A stretch of DNA of 64,000 nt from Pirellulales bacterium (GTDB taxonomy: Bacteria; Planctomycetota; Planctomycetia; Pirellulales; JADZDJ01): the NCBI GenBank assembly GCA_963773875.1, contig CAVZCV010000013.1, positions 82,852 through 146,851 of the forward strand. The letters are read 5' to 3'. The first letter of the stretch is position 1, and every line of letters begins with the position of its first letter. Below, one piece after another: positions 48,242-57,397 of the stretch. The translations under genes and the position numbers were made by a program. The notes beneath the pieces are model-generated. The model searched no databases, had not been told where the DNA came from, and was given only the letters and a program-made list of their open reading frames with translations.

Positions 48242-49405
48242 TTAGGCCTGATCCCCCTCGAAAAGCTGGCAGTAGCTTTCGTAACGCCGGGCGTCGAGCC
48301 AGCCGTCGGCCACCGCATCTTTCACCGCGCAATTGGCTTCATGGCGATGTGTACAGTTGGGAAATCGGCAATGGTTCACAAACGGCCGCAGATCGCGAAA
48401 ATAGCCGGCGACCTCGGCTGGAATAACGTCCCACAGTGCAAACTGCCGAACGCCGGGCGTGTCGACGACATATCCTGCTCCATGGGCCAGGGGCAACAAT
48501 CGAGCCGAAGTTGTCGTGTGTTTGCCTTTCTGCGTTTCTTCGCTCACTTCAGCCACTCGCAAGGCTAAGCCCGGCTCGACAGCGTTTAGCAGTGATGACT
48601 TTCCGACACCACTTTGACCCACGACTACGCTGGAGTGCCCCTCCAGTTCGCGATGCAGTCGCGTGATGCCGATTCCTTGTCGCGCGGATACCAGTAGCAC
48701 CGCGTAACCCATGCGGCTGAATACGCCAACAAGCGGCTGCAAGTCGGCGGAGTCAACCAGATCAATCTTGTTGATGCACACAATTGGCCGGAGTTTTTCT
48801 CGTTCGGCGCTGACGAGAAATCGATCGATGAGAGCCGGCTTGATTCGCGGCTCCGCAGCGCTAGCAACAATCACCATCTGATCTACGTTGGCCACAATGA
48901 CATGCTGTTTGCCGCGCACCGTTCGGCTCATAACCGATCGCCGCGGTTCGATGCGCTCGATGATTCCTTCCGGCATCGGTGCATCGAGCGATGCGGCACC
49001 CATCAGCTTGGCATCCACTGGCCGAAACAGAATTTGGTCGCCGGCCGAAACCACATGACGCTGCTCTGTAGAGAGCGTTTTAAGCAAGCGTCGTGTTGCA
49101 CAGCGAAAGAAAGTGCCGTCGCTGGCCTGCACGATGCTTAGAAGCCCGTGGACAACCAGCACGCGGCCGACTCGGGACGTCGAATCGACCTCGGGCAGAA
49201 CCGCGAAACCGGATGTCGTTTCATCCGATTCTGTCCCCACGACTGTGCGCCGGCGACTCAATTCGCCTTTGCCGCTAATTCGTTCGCCGCGTCGCTCGTC
49301 AGAATCGCCGGCCGTCTCGCGATCATAGCGGCGTGTCATATCGCCGTCACGCTGCCGCACATTGCGATTCTTACGAAAATCAGCGCGAATCTTTCGCTTG
49401 GACAT
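48242..49405 (-). CDS. rsgA: ribosome small-subunit-dependent GTPase A (RsgA) with basic N-terminal extension
   Basis: ATG 49405 (MSKRKIRADFRKNRN…). …VANVDQMVIV…INKIDL…VGQSGVGKSSLLNAV…TTTSARL…DTPGVRQF… CRFPNCTHRHEANCAV (zinc knuckle). Confidence 0.92.
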   Translation of the reverse strand: MSKRKIRADFRKNRNVRQRDGDMTRRYDRETAGDSDERRGERISGKGELSRRRTVVGTESDETTSGFAVLPEVDSTSRVGRVLVVHGLLSIVQASDGTFFRCATRRLLKTLSTEQRHVVSAGDQILFRPVDAKLMGAASLDAPMPEGIIERIEPRRSVMSRTVRGKQHVIVANVDQMVIVASAAEPRIKPALIDRFLVSAEREKLRPIVCINKIDLVDSADLQPLVGVFSRMGYAVLLVSARQGIGITRLHRELEGHSSVVVGQSGVGKSSLLNAVEPGLALRVAEVSEETQKGKHTTTSARLLPLAHGAGYVVDTPGVRQFALWDVIPAEVAGYFRDLRPFVNHCRFPNCTHRHEANCAVKDAVADGWLDARRYESYCQLFEGDQA

Positions 49406-49413
49406 GGCAGAGG

Positions 49414-49491
49414 GTCGAAAAATCAAAGAGTCAAAAAGTCGAAGAGTAGACAACCTTACTTCTCGACTCTTCGACTTTTGGACTTTTCGAC
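49414..49491. repeat. 8-nt-periodic palindromic array (inverted blocks of GTCGAAAA-like octamers)
   Basis: gtcgaaaa atcaaaga gtcaaaaa gtcgaaga gtagacaa ccttactt ctcgactc ttcgactt ttggactt ttcgac. GTCGAAAA/TTTTCGAC, GTCAAAAA/TTTTGGAC and GTCGAAGAG/CTCTTCGAC pair as a long hairpin. Lies between the FHA gene and the rsgA start. Confidence 0.8.
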
Positions 49492-49507
49492 CAACGGCTT
49501 CAAAGCG

Positions 49508-49988
49508 TCACACCGGCTTGTTGGGATCCTTGATCTGCCCGGCTGCGTCATCCATCACGTCGAATCGCTTCTTCTCGGTACCGCCCATCTTGATATTCGG
49601 ACTGCGCGAGCCCGGCCTTTTCTAGCAGCGACTTACCAAAAATGCTATTGGCCGGCTCTTTATCAGCCGGCGGCGGACCAATGGCGCCAAGTTCAGCCGG
49701 CGAGTAGCGAACTTCGTACTCATGTTTGGCCACTGAAAGCGTATCGCCGGGATCAAGTCGCCGCTCCTGAAAACGCACTCCGTTGACCTTCAGCCCGTTG
49801 CGACTGCCCAGGTCTTTGACGTACCAATAACCATCCTGGATCGATAGCTGGCAATGGTGGGCAGAAACGTTTGCGAACCGCAGCACAATGTCGCAACTTT
49901 CACGGCGGCCAATCATCAATTCTCGCCGCCGAAGTGGAATCGGATCGCCGCCACCCACCGGAATCAATTCGCCAAATTCATCAGCCAC
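49508..49988 (-). CDS. FHA-domain protein; C-terminal frame break
   Basis: GTG 49988 after aagagg: VADEFGELIPVGGGDPIPLRRRELMIGRRESCDIVLRFANVSAHHCQLSIQDGYWYVKDLGSRNGLKVNG… After …SLLEKAGL the plausible continuation (SRSPNIKMGGTEKKRFDVMDDAAGQIKDPNKPV*, stop 49508-49510) is in another frame; the annotated ORF stops at 49548. Confidence 0.75.
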
Positions 49989-50119
49989 GGCACACCTCTT
50001 GGAAACGGAGCAGCGCACGCCGGCGCTTGCTCCGTGTTTGCTGTTCCCATTACCATGCACTTCGTCGCAATTCGCATAACTTTGAATCTATTCAGACCCC
50101 ACCCAGGTGGTCAATCGAG

Positions 50120-51190
50120 ATGCCGGAACAAAGCGGTCCATCGTCAGTTGTCCGTAGTCCGTTGCCTGACCTGCAACGCGATTCCAATACCTACCACGGA
50201 CAACGGACAACGGACAACCGGCATCCTCGATCTATTATACCTTCCGACTGGCAATTGGCCGGGCTGCGGTATCACGCATACAACTTCTATTTGCGAAAAA
50301 AGTTCGGTAGCCGTGTGCAGAAAGTCAGCCTCGACGCCGGGTTTACTTGCCCGAATGTGGATGGCACTGTGGCCAAAGGGGGCTGTACGTTTTGTGACAA
50401 CCGCAGTTTCAGCCCAAGCCGGCGCTCGCCCCGGATGTCGCCTCGCGATATCCAAGGCCAGCTGGCCGAAGGCATGCGGCGGCTGAAGTGGCGCTACGAT
50501 GTGGACCGTTTCATTGCCTACTTCCAACCGGCGACGAACACGTACGCGCCGGTGGAAAAGTTAAGGCCGTTGTATGAAGCGGCGATCGCACATCTCGATG
50601 TCGTCGGCCTCGCCATCGGCACGCGGCCCGACTGCGTGCCAGACGACGTGCTCGATTTACTCTCGGACTTGGCTCAGCACACATATCTCTCCGTCGAGTA
50701 CGGTCTGCAGACAATCCATGATCGGTCGCTCGATTGGATGAACCGCGGCCATCATCACAGTGCGTTTCTCGATGCCATTGAGCGCAGCCGTGGCCGCGGA
50801 TTTGAAATTTGCGCTCACGTCATTCTCGGCCTGCCTGGCGAATCGCGTGCCGACATGCTGGCCACGGCTCGCGAAGTGGCGCGGCTTGGCATCGACTCGG
50901 TGAAGATCCACAATCTCTACGCTGTGAAAGACACACCACTGGCGGAACAGGTAGCACGCGGCGAAGTGCAACTGATGGAGCGCGACGAATACATCAGCGT
51001 GCTTATCGATTTTCTCGAACTGTTGCCGCCGGAAATGATTGTCGAACGCATCAGCGGTGACGCCCCGCCCGACTATTTTATCGGCCCCGCTTGGTGCCTG
51101 GATAAACCAGCACTCCGCGCCGCTCTGGATGCGGAATTGAGCCGCCGCGACACGTGGCAGGGGCAGTCTTACATCACGGTGACAAAGTAG
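50120..51190 (+). CDS. TIGR01212-family radical SAM protein (YhcC-like)
   Basis: …KFGSRVQKVSLDAGFTCPNVDGTVAKGGCTFCDN… GTRPDCVPDDVLDLL… LEYGLQT-like EYGLQTIHDRSL… Start uncertain: ATG 50120 or TTG 50255. E. coli YhcC aligns from ~12 aa before KFG. Confidence 0.85.
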   Translation: MPEQSGPSSVVRSPLPDLQRDSNTYHGQRTTDNRHPRSIIPSDWQLAGLRYHAYNFYLRKKFGSRVQKVSLDAGFTCPNVDGTVAKGGCTFCDNRSFSPSRRSPRMSPRDIQGQLAEGMRRLKWRYDVDRFIAYFQPATNTYAPVEKLRPLYEAAIAHLDVVGLAIGTRPDCVPDDVLDLLSDLAQHTYLSVEYGLQTIHDRSLDWMNRGHHHSAFLDAIERSRGRGFEICAHVILGLPGESRADMLATAREVARLGIDSVKIHNLYAVKDTPLAEQVARGEVQLMERDEYISVLIDFLELLPPEMIVERISGDAPPDYFIGPAWCLDKPALRAALDAELSRRDTWQGQSYITVTK

Positions 51191-51275
51191 TTTGGATGTC
51201 CCATTTGACAGGGTCACGCTGAGGGCAACAGTGTGCGTTCCGAAAGCGTTTTTACCAGCAAAGGAATCTCGTATC

Positions 51276-51971
51276 ATGACACGATGGATGTTCGGTCTAG
51301 TAAGTGGAAGCCTAATTTTCTGTTTGGTCGGTTGCGGGGGGGCCACCGGCAGCAGTTCCGGCGGCGGAGCGACGCCGCAAGCGGTGTTTGAGAATTTCAA
51401 GGCCGCGGCGAAAACTAAGGATTATAAAGCGGCGTTCGCGCAGACGACGCCGGATTCGCAGGAGTTGGTTGCCGGTGCGATGGCCATGGGAATTAGCATG
51501 TTTGGCATGATGGATCCCAATAAAGGTACAGAGGCCAACCAAATTCTGGAAAAGCATGGCATCAAGAAACTCGATATGACTGGTCCGCCGCCCAATATGA
51601 ACGATCCGAAGTCGTTCATGAAGCAAATGGTCGGCAGCGTCAAAGACAAGCCAGCATGTATTGCAGAGATGATCGCCTGGATGGAGAAAAACTCACCGAA
51701 CAAGGACGCTGCCGCTGCCCCGGGAACCGATGAGTTTGCCAATGCAACTCTGGAAGAAGTCAAAATCGATGGCAACACGGCAACCGGCACGATCAAGAAC
51801 CAGAAAGCAACGGGCCCTCAAAAACAGGACGCGCGATTTCAAAAAATTGGCGATCTGTGGTTCATTGACTTCGCCGCGATGATGCCCGCCGGGCCTGGCA
51901 TGGGGGCGCCGGGTGCGGGCGTGCCTCCGGCCGGCAACCTCGTTCCCAATGGCTTGCCAGGCGGAAAGTGA
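51276..51971 (+). CDS. lipoprotein, function unknown
   Basis: ATG 51276 after aaggaa. MTRWMFGLVSGSLIFCLVGCGG lipobox, followed by a soluble domain and a Gly/Pro-rich tail. Confidence 0.7.
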   Translation: MTRWMFGLVSGSLIFCLVGCGGATGSSSGGGATPQAVFENFKAAAKTKDYKAAFAQTTPDSQELVAGAMAMGISMFGMMDPNKGTEANQILEKHGIKKLDMTGPPPNMNDPKSFMKQMVGSVKDKPACIAEMIAWMEKNSPNKDAAAAPGTDEFANATLEEVKIDGNTATGTIKNQKATGPQKQDARFQKIGDLWFIDFAAMMPAGPGMGAPGAGVPPAGNLVPNGLPGGK

Positions 51972-52040
51972 CACTTCGCAAGAAATCTCTGCGAACGCCG
52001 TCGTCCATTTAAGCGTCGGATATCGTAGAATGGAAATAAG

Positions 52041-52520
<480 letters not shown>

Positions 52521-52633
52521 GCTTTTTGTTGATTTGAATGAACCGCGGATTACGCGGATGGACGTGGATCGAACGCATGCTCGACCCGCGATATCCGCGC
52601 AATCCGCGGTTTGTTTTCAATTGCAGACCGATA

Positions 52634-53113
52634 TCACATCCCTGCCGTCGCCGGCTCTTCTTGTTCATGCCGACGGCGTGGCGGCTGCGGCTTGGAATTC
52701 GGCGCTCCTCCAGTGGCGGCCTTTGAAGCGGCCAAATCGCTGTCGAGCCACTGGACCAACTTCGAGATGCACAGCTGGTTCATGCTGGTGCATTTCTCAT
52801 GGGCCTCGACCTGCAAGAACTCGTGCAAGCTCTTTGGCAGGCGAACGGTAATGACCCGGGTTGGCTCCTTGTCTTCCGGCACCGGCGGGCCTTCTACCCG
52901 AAGCTTGGCTAGCATCTGCTGGACCTCGGCGTACTCCGGTGTCTTTTCGAATTCGGTCAATGCCGCGGCGGATGGGTACATCTGACGGACAATGCCATTC
53001 AGTCCCAGCACTTCGCGGAAAAAAGTTACCCAGTCCGGATTTTGATGAAAAAGCGTCTGTGCGGTGCGAAACACTTCCTGCGGTTTCTGATCCATGTCGT
53101 TCTCCTCGGACAT
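52634..53113 (-). CDS. ribbon-helix-helix (Arc/HicB-antitoxin-like) DNA-binding protein
   Basis: …TRVITVRLPKSLHEFLQVEAHEKCTSMNQLCISKLV… is a typical RHH strand-helix-helix. Start ATG 53113 or 53095. No toxin partner adjacent. Confidence 0.65.
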   Translation of the reverse strand: MSEENDMDQKPQEVFRTAQTLFHQNPDWVTFFREVLGLNGIVRQMYPSAAALTEFEKTPEYAEVQQMLAKLRVEGPPVPEDKEPTRVITVRLPKSLHEFLQVEAHEKCTSMNQLCISKLVQWLDSDLAASKAATGGAPNSKPQPPRRRHEQEEPATAGM

Positions 53114-53553
53114 CTCGGGTCTATAGACTCCATTCAGTAGCGGCCACGGTGGTCGCGGTTTGAGGGAATGATGCGGTGCTGTCAAGCAAAGCACCGATGT
53201 CATTGCATTGATAGCAGTTACGTCGCCTGTACCGCGATTGCTAAATGTCGAGGCAGGGGTGCCAAGAATTGAGCAACCTTCGACTTGCACAAAAAGTAGG
53301 CATAGGCATTTTTCACACACCCGGAAGTGTCCAATTAGATCGGTCCTGAAGTGCGTGAAGCTGGGAGATTGGCGGAGAACAGAGACGCGAAAACTCGCGC
53401 TGCTAATCTCAAATCGCTCCGCAGGGCGTCAAAAATTGACCCGCGCTAAAACGACATATTAGAATTGAGCCGGTGAAGGGTCTGCCTGCCTGGACTCCTC
53501 TTCTGAGCCGATTCCAATCCGCATCTGCCGGCTCCACCTGCGTCGTTAACTAT

Positions 53554-55005
53554 ATGAATGAGTCTGGATCCACGCATCGGCGAGCCATACCCCCGCAACC
53601 ACCCCAACCGGGTCACCCACCGAGCGGCGTAGCTGGAACCGCAGCCAATTCAGTTCGAGCCGACTCAGCCAGTCCATCTCAGCCGACTGATTCGCAGTCG
53701 CGACAGGCGGACGCACCGTCGCCGGCATCCTTGGCCAATCTTCCGGTCGACACTCAGCCGACGGTTATTACGAAGACGCCCGCCCTGGCCCAGTATCCTC
53801 TCACTTCGCTTCACCCGCGAGATCTTGGCCGGCTCTTGGAGGGTCAACGGCTCGGTCACTTCGAACTGCACGAGTTCGTCGGCGGCGGTGGCATGGGCGC
53901 CGTCTTTCGAGCCCACGATACGATGCTGAACCGCACGGTGGCCGTGAAGGTGTTATCGCAGGAACAATCGAGCGATGAAGAAACCCTGCGGCGGTTTCAA
54001 AACGAAGCCCAGTCAGCTGCCCGGCTCGACCACGACAACATCAGCCGCGTGCATTACGTCGGCGAGGACCGCGGCTGGCATTACATCGTCTTCGAGTTCA
54101 TCGAGGGGCAAAACCTTCGCGATCTTGTCGATCAGCAAGGGCCACTCGATCTTGCACCGGCTGTCAGCTACACCCTGCAGATTGCAGACGCGCTGGCGCA
54201 TGCCAGCGAGCGCGACGTAGTGCACCGCGATATCAAGCCATCGAACGTGCTGATCACGCCCGATGGGATGGCCAAGCTTGTCGATATGGGCCTCGCACGT
54301 TTGCACCAAATCGAGCCCGGAGCAGACGACCTCACCGCCAGCGGCGTCACGCTGGGCACGTTCGATTACATTTCGCCCGAGCAAGCGCGCGACCCACGTA
54401 GTGCCGATGTGCGCAGTGACATTTATTCGCTGGGCTGCACGCTGTACTTCATGCTCACCGGCCAGCCTCCGTTTCCCGATGGCACCGTGCTGCAAAAGCT
54501 GTTGCAGCATCAAGGGGACGAACCGCCCGACCCGACCGGATTTCGCGCAGACCTGCCGGACGACTTAGTAAAGGTGCTCGGGCGGATGCTGGCAAAGTCG
54601 CCAGAGAAACGGTATCAATCGCCGGAAGAGTTGGTCGCCGACCTTACTGGTATCGCTGGCCGGCATGGACTTCAGGCGACTGTGCCCAACGGCCCAATTT
54701 GGATTTCCCCCTCCGAAGTGCAGCCGACGTTTTGGCAGCGGCATTTGCCGTGGATCGCCCCGGTGGTTGTGCTCCTGGTGGTTGTCGCGGCGATGGGTTT
54801 GATTTCTGCTCGCGATGCTGCGGATGCCGTTCCGCCCCCAGTGCAAAAATCGACCGAAACGATGGAAGCACGGCCCGACAAACAACCGGAGCAGAGGGAT
54901 TCGCCCAAGGCATCGGCTGTCCCGGGATCGGAAAGCAGAGCCTGGCTCCGCCCGGCGCCGGCGATCGCCCCATTGCGCACCCAACCGTGGCCTCGGGCGG
55001 CATAA
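53554..55005 (+). CDS. Ser/Thr protein kinase with one C-terminal TM helix
   Basis: ATG 53554. GGGGMGAVFRA…VAVKVL (Gly loop/VAIK), HRDIKPSNVL, DMGLAR (DFG-like), SPEQ. TM segment WIAPVVVLLVVVAAMGLI. Confidence 0.9.
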   Translation: MNESGSTHRRAIPPQPPQPGHPPSGVAGTAANSVRADSASPSQPTDSQSRQADAPSPASLANLPVDTQPTVITKTPALAQYPLTSLHPRDLGRLLEGQRLGHFELHEFVGGGGMGAVFRAHDTMLNRTVAVKVLSQEQSSDEETLRRFQNEAQSAARLDHDNISRVHYVGEDRGWHYIVFEFIEGQNLRDLVDQQGPLDLAPAVSYTLQIADALAHASERDVVHRDIKPSNVLITPDGMAKLVDMGLARLHQIEPGADDLTASGVTLGTFDYISPEQARDPRSADVRSDIYSLGCTLYFMLTGQPPFPDGTVLQKLLQHQGDEPPDPTGFRADLPDDLVKVLGRMLAKSPEKRYQSPEELVADLTGIAGRHGLQATVPNGPIWISPSEVQPTFWQRHLPWIAPVVVLLVVVAAMGLISARDAADAVPPPVQKSTETMEARPDKQPEQRDSPKASAVPGSESRAWLRPAPAIAPLRTQPWPRAA

Positions 55006-55203
55006 TCGGCAAAGTTTTGTTGACCGGGGAATTCGCTTGACAGATGGCCGCGGCCAGACTCTATTTTCTTCCACTTTGCGTGTTAAACTTTCAGTGGCCT
55101 CATGTGCCGACGATTGGCTCGATCGGCAATTCAAGTTTCCCGCCTGCGTGTCGTGCCTTTATCAAGCAAAGGCATTCTTCCATCCATCAGGAGTCGCTTC
55201 AGC

Positions 55204-55641
55204 ATGAAGAAACTAAGTCTTCTGTCGTTCATCGCTCTCAGCTCCGTGGCCCTTGTTATGGCATTGAATCCTGGCACCGCGCAATCGCGGCCACAGTACG
55301 CCAAAGAATTCGCCAAGATGTATGTAAAGGCCGACAGCACCGACCCGGCTGAGCAAGCGTTTGCCGCCGCCGTGAAAGGCGCCAAGTGCTCTGTCTGCCA
55401 TCAACCGGGAGACGACCGCAAACTGCGGAATCGTTACGGGAAGGCGCTTGCCGAAGTCATTAAGCCCAAGGACGTACCGGAAGGTTGGAAGGGCGAGAAA
55501 GACAATAAGAAGATCGAAGAAGCGCTAACTAAAGTCGGCGAGATGCACATCGAACCGAAGGATCCGAAATCGCCGACGTACGCGGAGCTGATCAAAGCCG
55601 GTAAATTGCCCGGCGGCGAGAAGGCCGACGAGAAGAAGTGA
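55204..55641 (+). CDS. small secreted c-type-cytochrome-like protein (single CxxCH)
   Basis: ATG 55204 after caggag. Signal peptide MKKLSLLSFIALSSVALVMALNPGTAQS. Single heme motif CSVCH. Lys/Glu-rich tail. Confidence 0.7.
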   Translation: MKKLSLLSFIALSSVALVMALNPGTAQSRPQYAKEFAKMYVKADSTDPAEQAFAAAVKGAKCSVCHQPGDDRKLRNRYGKALAEVIKPKDVPEGWKGEKDNKKIEEALTKVGEMHIEPKDPKSPTYAELIKAGKLPGGEKADEKK

Positions 55642-55675
55642 AGTACAAGCGTCTTGCAATTAGCAGTCCAATCAC

Positions 55676-55703
55676 AAGCCCAGGGGTTGCAACCCCTGGG
55701 CTT
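55676..55703. terminator. palindromic hairpin terminator (identical to the 44060 copy), bidirectional position
   Basis: aagcccaggggttgcaacccctgggctt followed by tattat. Lies between convergent genes ending at 55641 (+) and 55735 (-). Confidence 0.78.
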
Positions 55704-55734
55704 TATTATGCGCCACTGAGTATCAATCGCTGAG

Positions 55735-56436
55735 TCACTCAAACATTCCTTCGGGAAGTCCTTCCACGTTTCGCACCACTACGCGCGTCACCCGATCCCA
55801 TGCCACGGCAGTCATCGTCAAGGTTCCATCCGCGGCCTGCGAAGCAAACAGTCCGTGCGATTGCCGCGAGAGCCGCTCCTCGAACCAATCTGGAACTAGC
55901 ATCGCGCCGCCGTCTAAATAGAGCTCGATCACCGCGCCCTGATTTTTTTCATCCCACAATTTTCGCATCAACAAACATAACGAGTGCACGCGGCTCGCGC
56001 CAGGAGCGGCATCGACGCCCGAGCCGACCGACTCCAATTCACGATCTTCGACATTCGCCAAGTCGACTTCCTCGACCTGCTGCGTGTCGGATATCACGGG
56101 CACTAAAAATTTCGCGCCGCAGTGTGGGCATTGCCCGGCTTGCCCTTGTAATCGCGCAGGGCCGTTCAGTCGATGACCGTTAGGGCACAAAAACACGATG
56201 CTGTTTTCCGGCATGGCGCGATGACCCGCTAAGTTGAGGCTCGATTCACCCGGCGCTCCCGTGGCAGTCACCGGTGCTGGCCCGCCGGTGACGTCCGTCA
56301 ATCGGACGGCCGGTGCTCCACTGGTGCTTGGAATTCGGAATGCCACGCCGCACTTAGGGCACTTTGCATCGCGGCCGGCAAGCTCGTCCTGGCAGACAAT
56401 GCGGTGTCCGTTCGGGCAATTAAATTCCAGCGCCAT
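55735..56436 (-). CDS. double zinc-ribbon protein, function unknown
   Basis: MALEFNCPNGHRIVCQDELAGRDAKCPKCG… and a second copy FLCPNGHRLNGPARLQGQAGQCPHCG…, followed by a ~110-aa C-terminal domain. Confidence 0.7.
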   Translation of the reverse strand: MALEFNCPNGHRIVCQDELAGRDAKCPKCGVAFRIPSTSGAPAVRLTDVTGGPAPVTATGAPGESSLNLAGHRAMPENSIVFLCPNGHRLNGPARLQGQAGQCPHCGAKFLVPVISDTQQVEEVDLANVEDRELESVGSGVDAAPGASRVHSLCLLMRKLWDEKNQGAVIELYLDGGAMLVPDWFEERLSRQSHGLFASQAADGTLTMTAVAWDRVTRVVVRNVEGLPEGMFE

Positions 56437-56710
56437 ATCGTGCACCGTAGTCTAAATCTGTAGGAGCCGTCTCCTGACGGCGATTGGCACTCGTCATCGC
56501 GTCATTGGCGACAGGAGTCGCCTCCGACAACCTTCTATCGCCAATCACATTTTGCGAAACGCGTTCGGAGGAGACAGTCTATCGCAATCGTAGTTCAAGG
56601 CCTGCAATGCGACAACACAAACAGACGACCAGCTGCATCCTTGACTTGAACTAACGCCAAGTCGACACTAGGGGTTTCCATTACACATAGCTGCTTTTCG
56701 CGACTGAACC

Positions 56711-57391
56711 ATGCCGATTGTCGTCGTCTGCCCGAACTGCCACGCCCGATTTGAAGTAAGCGAAAAGTTTGCCGGTAAGCAGGGCCCGTGCCCCAAATGC
56801 AAAGGCGTCATTAAGATTCCGGAGCTTGGCGAAGAAGTCAAAATTCACGCCCCGGAAGATTTCGCGGCGGGCGGCAAAGACGCCAAAGGTCGGCCGGTAC
56901 TCAAGCCGATTGAGCGCACCGAAACCAAAGTGACGCCGGTGCTACTCGTTGGCGTGTTGGTGGCCGTTGTGTTGGCGTTCGCGGTGGCATTCATTTTGCG
57001 CACCAGCGATTTGAAATCGTCGCCGCTAGTGCTGGGTTTAGGCGCTGTAGTTCTCGCGCCGCCACTTGTCATTGCCGGCTACAGCTTTCTGCGCAATCAA
57101 GAATTGGAACCCTACCGTGGCGGCGAGCTATTCGTTCGCGCTGCGATTTGCTCCGTGGTTTACGCCAGTCTGTGGGGCGCGATGTGGGCCATCAAGCATT
57201 TCCTGTTTGGCACCGATGGGCCGCTCGAAACGTTCAACATTGCGGTCCTGGCGGCGCCGGCGCTCATCATCGGCACGCTCACGGCATTTGCCACGCTCGA
57301 CCTAGATTTCGGCAGCGGATTTTTCCATTACGTGTTGTATCTGGCGGTTTGCGTGCTCTTGCGACTGGTCATGAAATTGCCGCCGCTATGA
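56711..57391 (+). CDS. zinc-ribbon (MJ0042-type) membrane protein, ~4 TM helices
   Basis: MPIVVVCPNCHARFEVSEKFAGKQGPCPKCKG… followed by four hydrophobic segments. The stop is 7 nt before the HD-domain gene. Confidence 0.75.
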   Translation: MPIVVVCPNCHARFEVSEKFAGKQGPCPKCKGVIKIPELGEEVKIHAPEDFAAGGKDAKGRPVLKPIERTETKVTPVLLVGVLVAVVLAFAVAFILRTSDLKSSPLVLGLGAVVLAPPLVIAGYSFLRNQELEPYRGGELFVRAAICSVVYASLWGAMWAIKHFLFGTDGPLETFNIAVLAAPALIIGTLTAFATLDLDFGSGFFHYVLYLAVCVLLRLVMKLPPL

Positions 57392-57397
57392 AACTTC

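Noticed and set aside
52634-53113. HicB/Arc-like RHH protein as part of a toxin-antitoxin system
   Set aside because: No HicA-like or other small toxin ORF is adjacent; the neighbours are rnpB and a Ser/Thr kinase. It carries a ~70-aa N-terminal domain, so it is treated as a stand-alone RHH regulator.
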